Notes under the pieces: generated by a model
What the model saw: only the letters and a program-made list of their open reading frames with translations
Told to the model about the DNA's origin: nothing
Databases searched by the model: none
Translations under genes and position numbers: made by a program
In this document: one piece after another, positions 60,301 to 64,000 of the stretch
Position numbering within the stretch: position 1 is the stretch's first letter
Layout: each line of letters begins with the position of its first letter
DNA from: Lingula anatina
Lineage: Eukaryota; Animalia; Brachiopoda
NCBI GenBank assembly: GCA_051362555.1
Contig: CM120644.1
Span: forward strand, 19,056,534 to 19,120,533
Reading direction: 5' to 3'
Length of the DNA stretch: 64,000 nucleotides

Positions 60301-63300
60301 ATTATTAATGTTTAACTATTTTAAGTCATAGAATTTTGCACTGTTAATTTTCAGTGTAATATTCAGTTTTCTCAAATATATCATCCAAAGACAACACTTA
60401 TCATTAAACACACTCAATTGATTAGCTTATCACAAATTATTATTGTTGTTAAGCATCATTTGTACAGATTTCAGAAACATTGGACCAGATTTGACAAAAT
60501 TATTAACGTTTAACTATTTTTAAGTCATGGAATTTTGCACTGTTAATTTTCAGTGTAATATTCAGTTTTCTCAAATATATCATCCGTAGACAATACTTTT
60601 CATTTGACATAGTCAACTGATCAGCTTATCACAGATTTTGATTGATGTTAATTATCATTTCTTCAAACCTCATAAACATTGGACAAGATTTGACAAAATT
60701 ATTAATGTTTAACTATTTTAAGGCCTGCAATTTGCCAGTCTCTTCAATGTAATTTTTAGTTTTCCCAAATATATTGTCCCAAAAAACACTTTTCATTAGT
60801 CACAGTCAACTGATCAGCTTATCACAGATTTTTATTGATGTTAATTATCATTTGTTCAAATTTCATAAACATTGGACAAGATTTGACAAAATTATTTATG
60901 TTTTACTATTATAAGGCCTGCGATTTGCCAGTCTTTTCAATGTAATTTTTCAGTTTTCCCAAATATATTGTCTTAGAAAACACTTTTCATTAAATACAGA
61001 CAACTGATCAGCTTATCACAGATTTTTATTGTTGTTAAGCATCATTTGTACAAATATAAGAAATATTGGTCTAGATTTGACAAAATTATTAATGTTTAAC
61101 TATTTTAAATCATTGAATTTGCCAGTCTTTTCAATGTAATTTTCAGTTCTTTCAGTTATATTGTTCTTTTTCCAGAGTACCCTTACCATGAAAAAGCAGG
61201 CATTGAAAGACAGCACCAAGAGCAGCACTATATCTTATCCATGTGTACAATACATGATATTTGGCAAGATTTAGGACTTTGTCAACTATTGTGATAACAA
61301 CAACCCCTCCAAGAAACCCATTGTAAGGAGTAATCTGCATCTGGCATTGGTAGTAAGGAGAAGTCTTGTATGGGTATATATTGTTTTCCAGATGACAGTT
61401 ATAGGTAATTTGCAACTTCTTTCACAAACAACCTGAAATCATCACATTTGCTGTTTTCTTTCAGAGAAAATAATACATTGTAATATTGAAATATTTGTTT
61501 TGGTTAATTCTCACTCTTCTGATGATCAATTTCCCATTAACTTTACCATTACAAAAAGACACAAACAACTGATCAGCTTATCACAGATTTTTATTGTTGT
61601 TAAGCATCATTTGTACAAATTTCAGAAACATTGGACAAGATTTGACAAAATTATTAATGTTCAACTATTTAAAGACCTGTGATTTGGCAGTCTTTTCAAT
61701 GAAATTTTCAGTTTTCCCAAATATATTGTCCTAAAAAAACACTTTTTTAGATACAGTCAACTGATCAGCTTATCACAGATTTTCATTGTTGTTAAGCATC
61801 ATTTGTTCAAAGTTCAGAAATATTGGACAAGATTTGACAAAATTATTAATGTTTAACTATTTTAACTCATTATTTGCCAGTCTTTTTAAAGAAATTTTCA
61901 GGTCTTTCAGTTATATTGTTCTTTTTCCAGAGTACCCTTACCATGAAAACGCAGGCAGTGAAAGACAGCACCAAGAGCAGTACTCTGTCTTATCCATGTA
62001 TACAATACATGATATTTGGGAAGATTTAGGACATTGTCAAATATTCTGATAACAACAACCCCTTCCAGAAACCCATTTTAAGGAGTAATCTGCGTCCGGC
62101 ATTGGTAGTAAGGAGAAGTCTTGTATGGGTATATATTGTTTTCCAGATGACAGTTACAGGTAATTTGCAACTTCTTACACAAACAACCTCAAATCATCAA
62201 CAACCTCAATCACATTTGCTGTTTTCTTTCAGAGTAAATAATACATTGCAATATTGAAATATTTGTTTTGGTTAATTCTCACTCTTGTGATGGTCAATTT
62301 CCAGTAAACTTGACACTTAAAAAAAGACACAGACAACTGATCAGTTTTTCCCAGGTTTTCATTGTTGTTAAGCATCATTTGTACAGATTTCAGAAACATT
62401 GGACAATTTTTTTAAAAATTATTAACATGTAACTGTTTTAAGTCATGGAATTTTGCACTGCTCATTTTCAGTGTAATATTCAGTTTTCTCAAATATATCA
62501 TTCGAAGACAACTTTTCATTAGTCACAGTCAACTGGTCAGCTTATCACAGATTTTTATTGTTGTTAAGCATCATTTGTACAAATTTCAGAATTATTGGAC
62601 AAAATTTGACAAAATTATTAACGTTTAACTATTTTAAGTCCTCAGATTCCCAGTCTTTTCAATGTAATTTTTCAGTTTTCCCAAATATATTGTCTTAGAA
62701 AACACTTTTCATTAAATACAGACAACTGATCAGCTTATCACAGATTTTAATTGTTGTTAAGCATCATTTGTACAAATATTAGAAATATTGGTCTAGATTT
62801 GACAAAATTATTAACATTTAACTATTTTAAGTCACTGAATTTGCCATTCTTTTCAATGTAATTTTCAGTTCTTTCAGTTATATTGTTCTTTTTCCAGAGT
62901 ACCCTTACCAAGAAAAAGCAGGAGGTGAAAGACAGCACCAAGAGCAGCACTATGTCTTATCCATGTGTACAATACATGATATTTGGCAAGATTTAGGACA
63001 TTGTCAAGTATTGTGATAACAACAACCCCTTCTAGAAATCCATTTTAAGGAGTAATCTGCATCTGGCATTGGTAGTAAGGAGAAGTCTTGTATGGATATA
63101 TATTGTTTTCCAGGTGACAGTTATAGGTAATTTGCAACCTCTTACACAAACAACCCCAAATCATCACATTTGCTGTTTTCTTTTGAGTAAATAATATATT
63201 GCAATATTGAAATATTTGTTTTGGTTAATTCTCACTCTTCTGATGATCAATTTCTCATAAACTTAACACTTAAAAAAAAAACACAGACAACTGATCAGCT

Positions 63301-64000
63301 TATCACAGATTTTTATTGTTGTTATGCATCACTTTTACAAATTTCATAAACATTGGACCAGATTTGACAAAATTATTAATGTTTAACTATTTTAAGTCAT
63401 AGAATTTTGCACTGTTAATTTTCAGTGTAATATTCAGTTTTCTCAAATATATCATCCAAAGACAACACTTATCATTAAACACACTCAATTGATTAGCTTA
63501 TCACAAATTATTATTGTTGTTAAGCATCATTTGTACAGATTTCAGAAACATTGGACCAGATTTGACAAAATTATTAACGTTTAACTATTTTTAAGTCATG
63601 GAATTTTGCACTGTTAATTTTCAGTGTAATATTCAGTTTTCTCAAATATATCATCCGTAGACAATACTTTTCATTTGACATAGTCAACTGATCAGCTTAT
63701 CACAGATTTTGATTGATGTTAATTATCATTTCTTCAAACCTCATAAACATTGGACAAGATTTGACAAAATTATTAATGTTTAACTATTTTAAGGCCTGCA
63801 ATTTGCCAGTCTCTTCAATGTAATTTTTAGTTTTCCCAAATATATTGTCCCAAAAAACACTTTTCATTAGTCACAGTCAACTGATCAGCTTATCACAGAT
63901 TTTTATTGATGTTAATTATCATTTGTTCAAATTTCATAAACATTGGACAAGATTTGACAAAATTATTTATGTTTTACTATTATAAGGCCTGCGATTTGCC
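57400..64000. repeat. Composite satellite: ~194-bp monomers interspersed with six 229-nt cassettes; ~3.07-kb higher-order repeat; runs off window end
   Basis: tcaactgatcagc recurs at 58681, 58875, 59069, 59266, 59460 and 59652. Cassettes start at 57524, 58089, 59828, 61176, 61931 and 62898. ~60000-60930 recurs almost exactly at +3070. Confidence 0.92.

Noticed and set aside
57500-61415. Repeated ~91-aa minus-strand ORF in the satellite cassette
   Set aside because: Open in four copies but interrupted by TAA in the copies at ~62080 and ~63045. No recognisable domain, and the splice signals favour the plus strand.

Overview
AT-rich eukaryotic, most likely invertebrate animal, genomic DNA with spliceosomal introns, dominated by transposon debris and tandem repeats. 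All family calls come from motif recognition by eye; no database search was run. 1-15.3 kb is a nested transposon graveyard. It holds a multi-intron DD34E Tc1-like transposase, two related hAT elements, a CR1 LINE split by a Helentron-type element with internal satellite, Penelope, piggyBac, pogo and Mutator-like fragments, and an orphan kinase exon. 23.2-25.5 kb is a 4-exon gene for a secreted propeptide-EGF-LCCL protein with a splice-phase anomaly. 26-41 kb holds a LINE tail, a decayed Tc1, MITEs and a tRNA-derived SINE head. 42.2-44.2 kb is a C2H2 zinc-finger array of 12 homogenised 84-bp repeats that vary mainly at DNA-contact residues, next to a HEATR3 3' pseudogene. 47.3-54.6 kb (minus) is a ZU5-like/CBM20/acidic micro-exon gene with a basic-Cys tail that appears partly broken. 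55-64 kb holds 62-bp minisatellites and a ~194-bp satellite. The satellite carries six copies of a 229-nt exon-like cassette and a 3.07-kb higher-order repeat, and may form a spliced repeat lncRNA.
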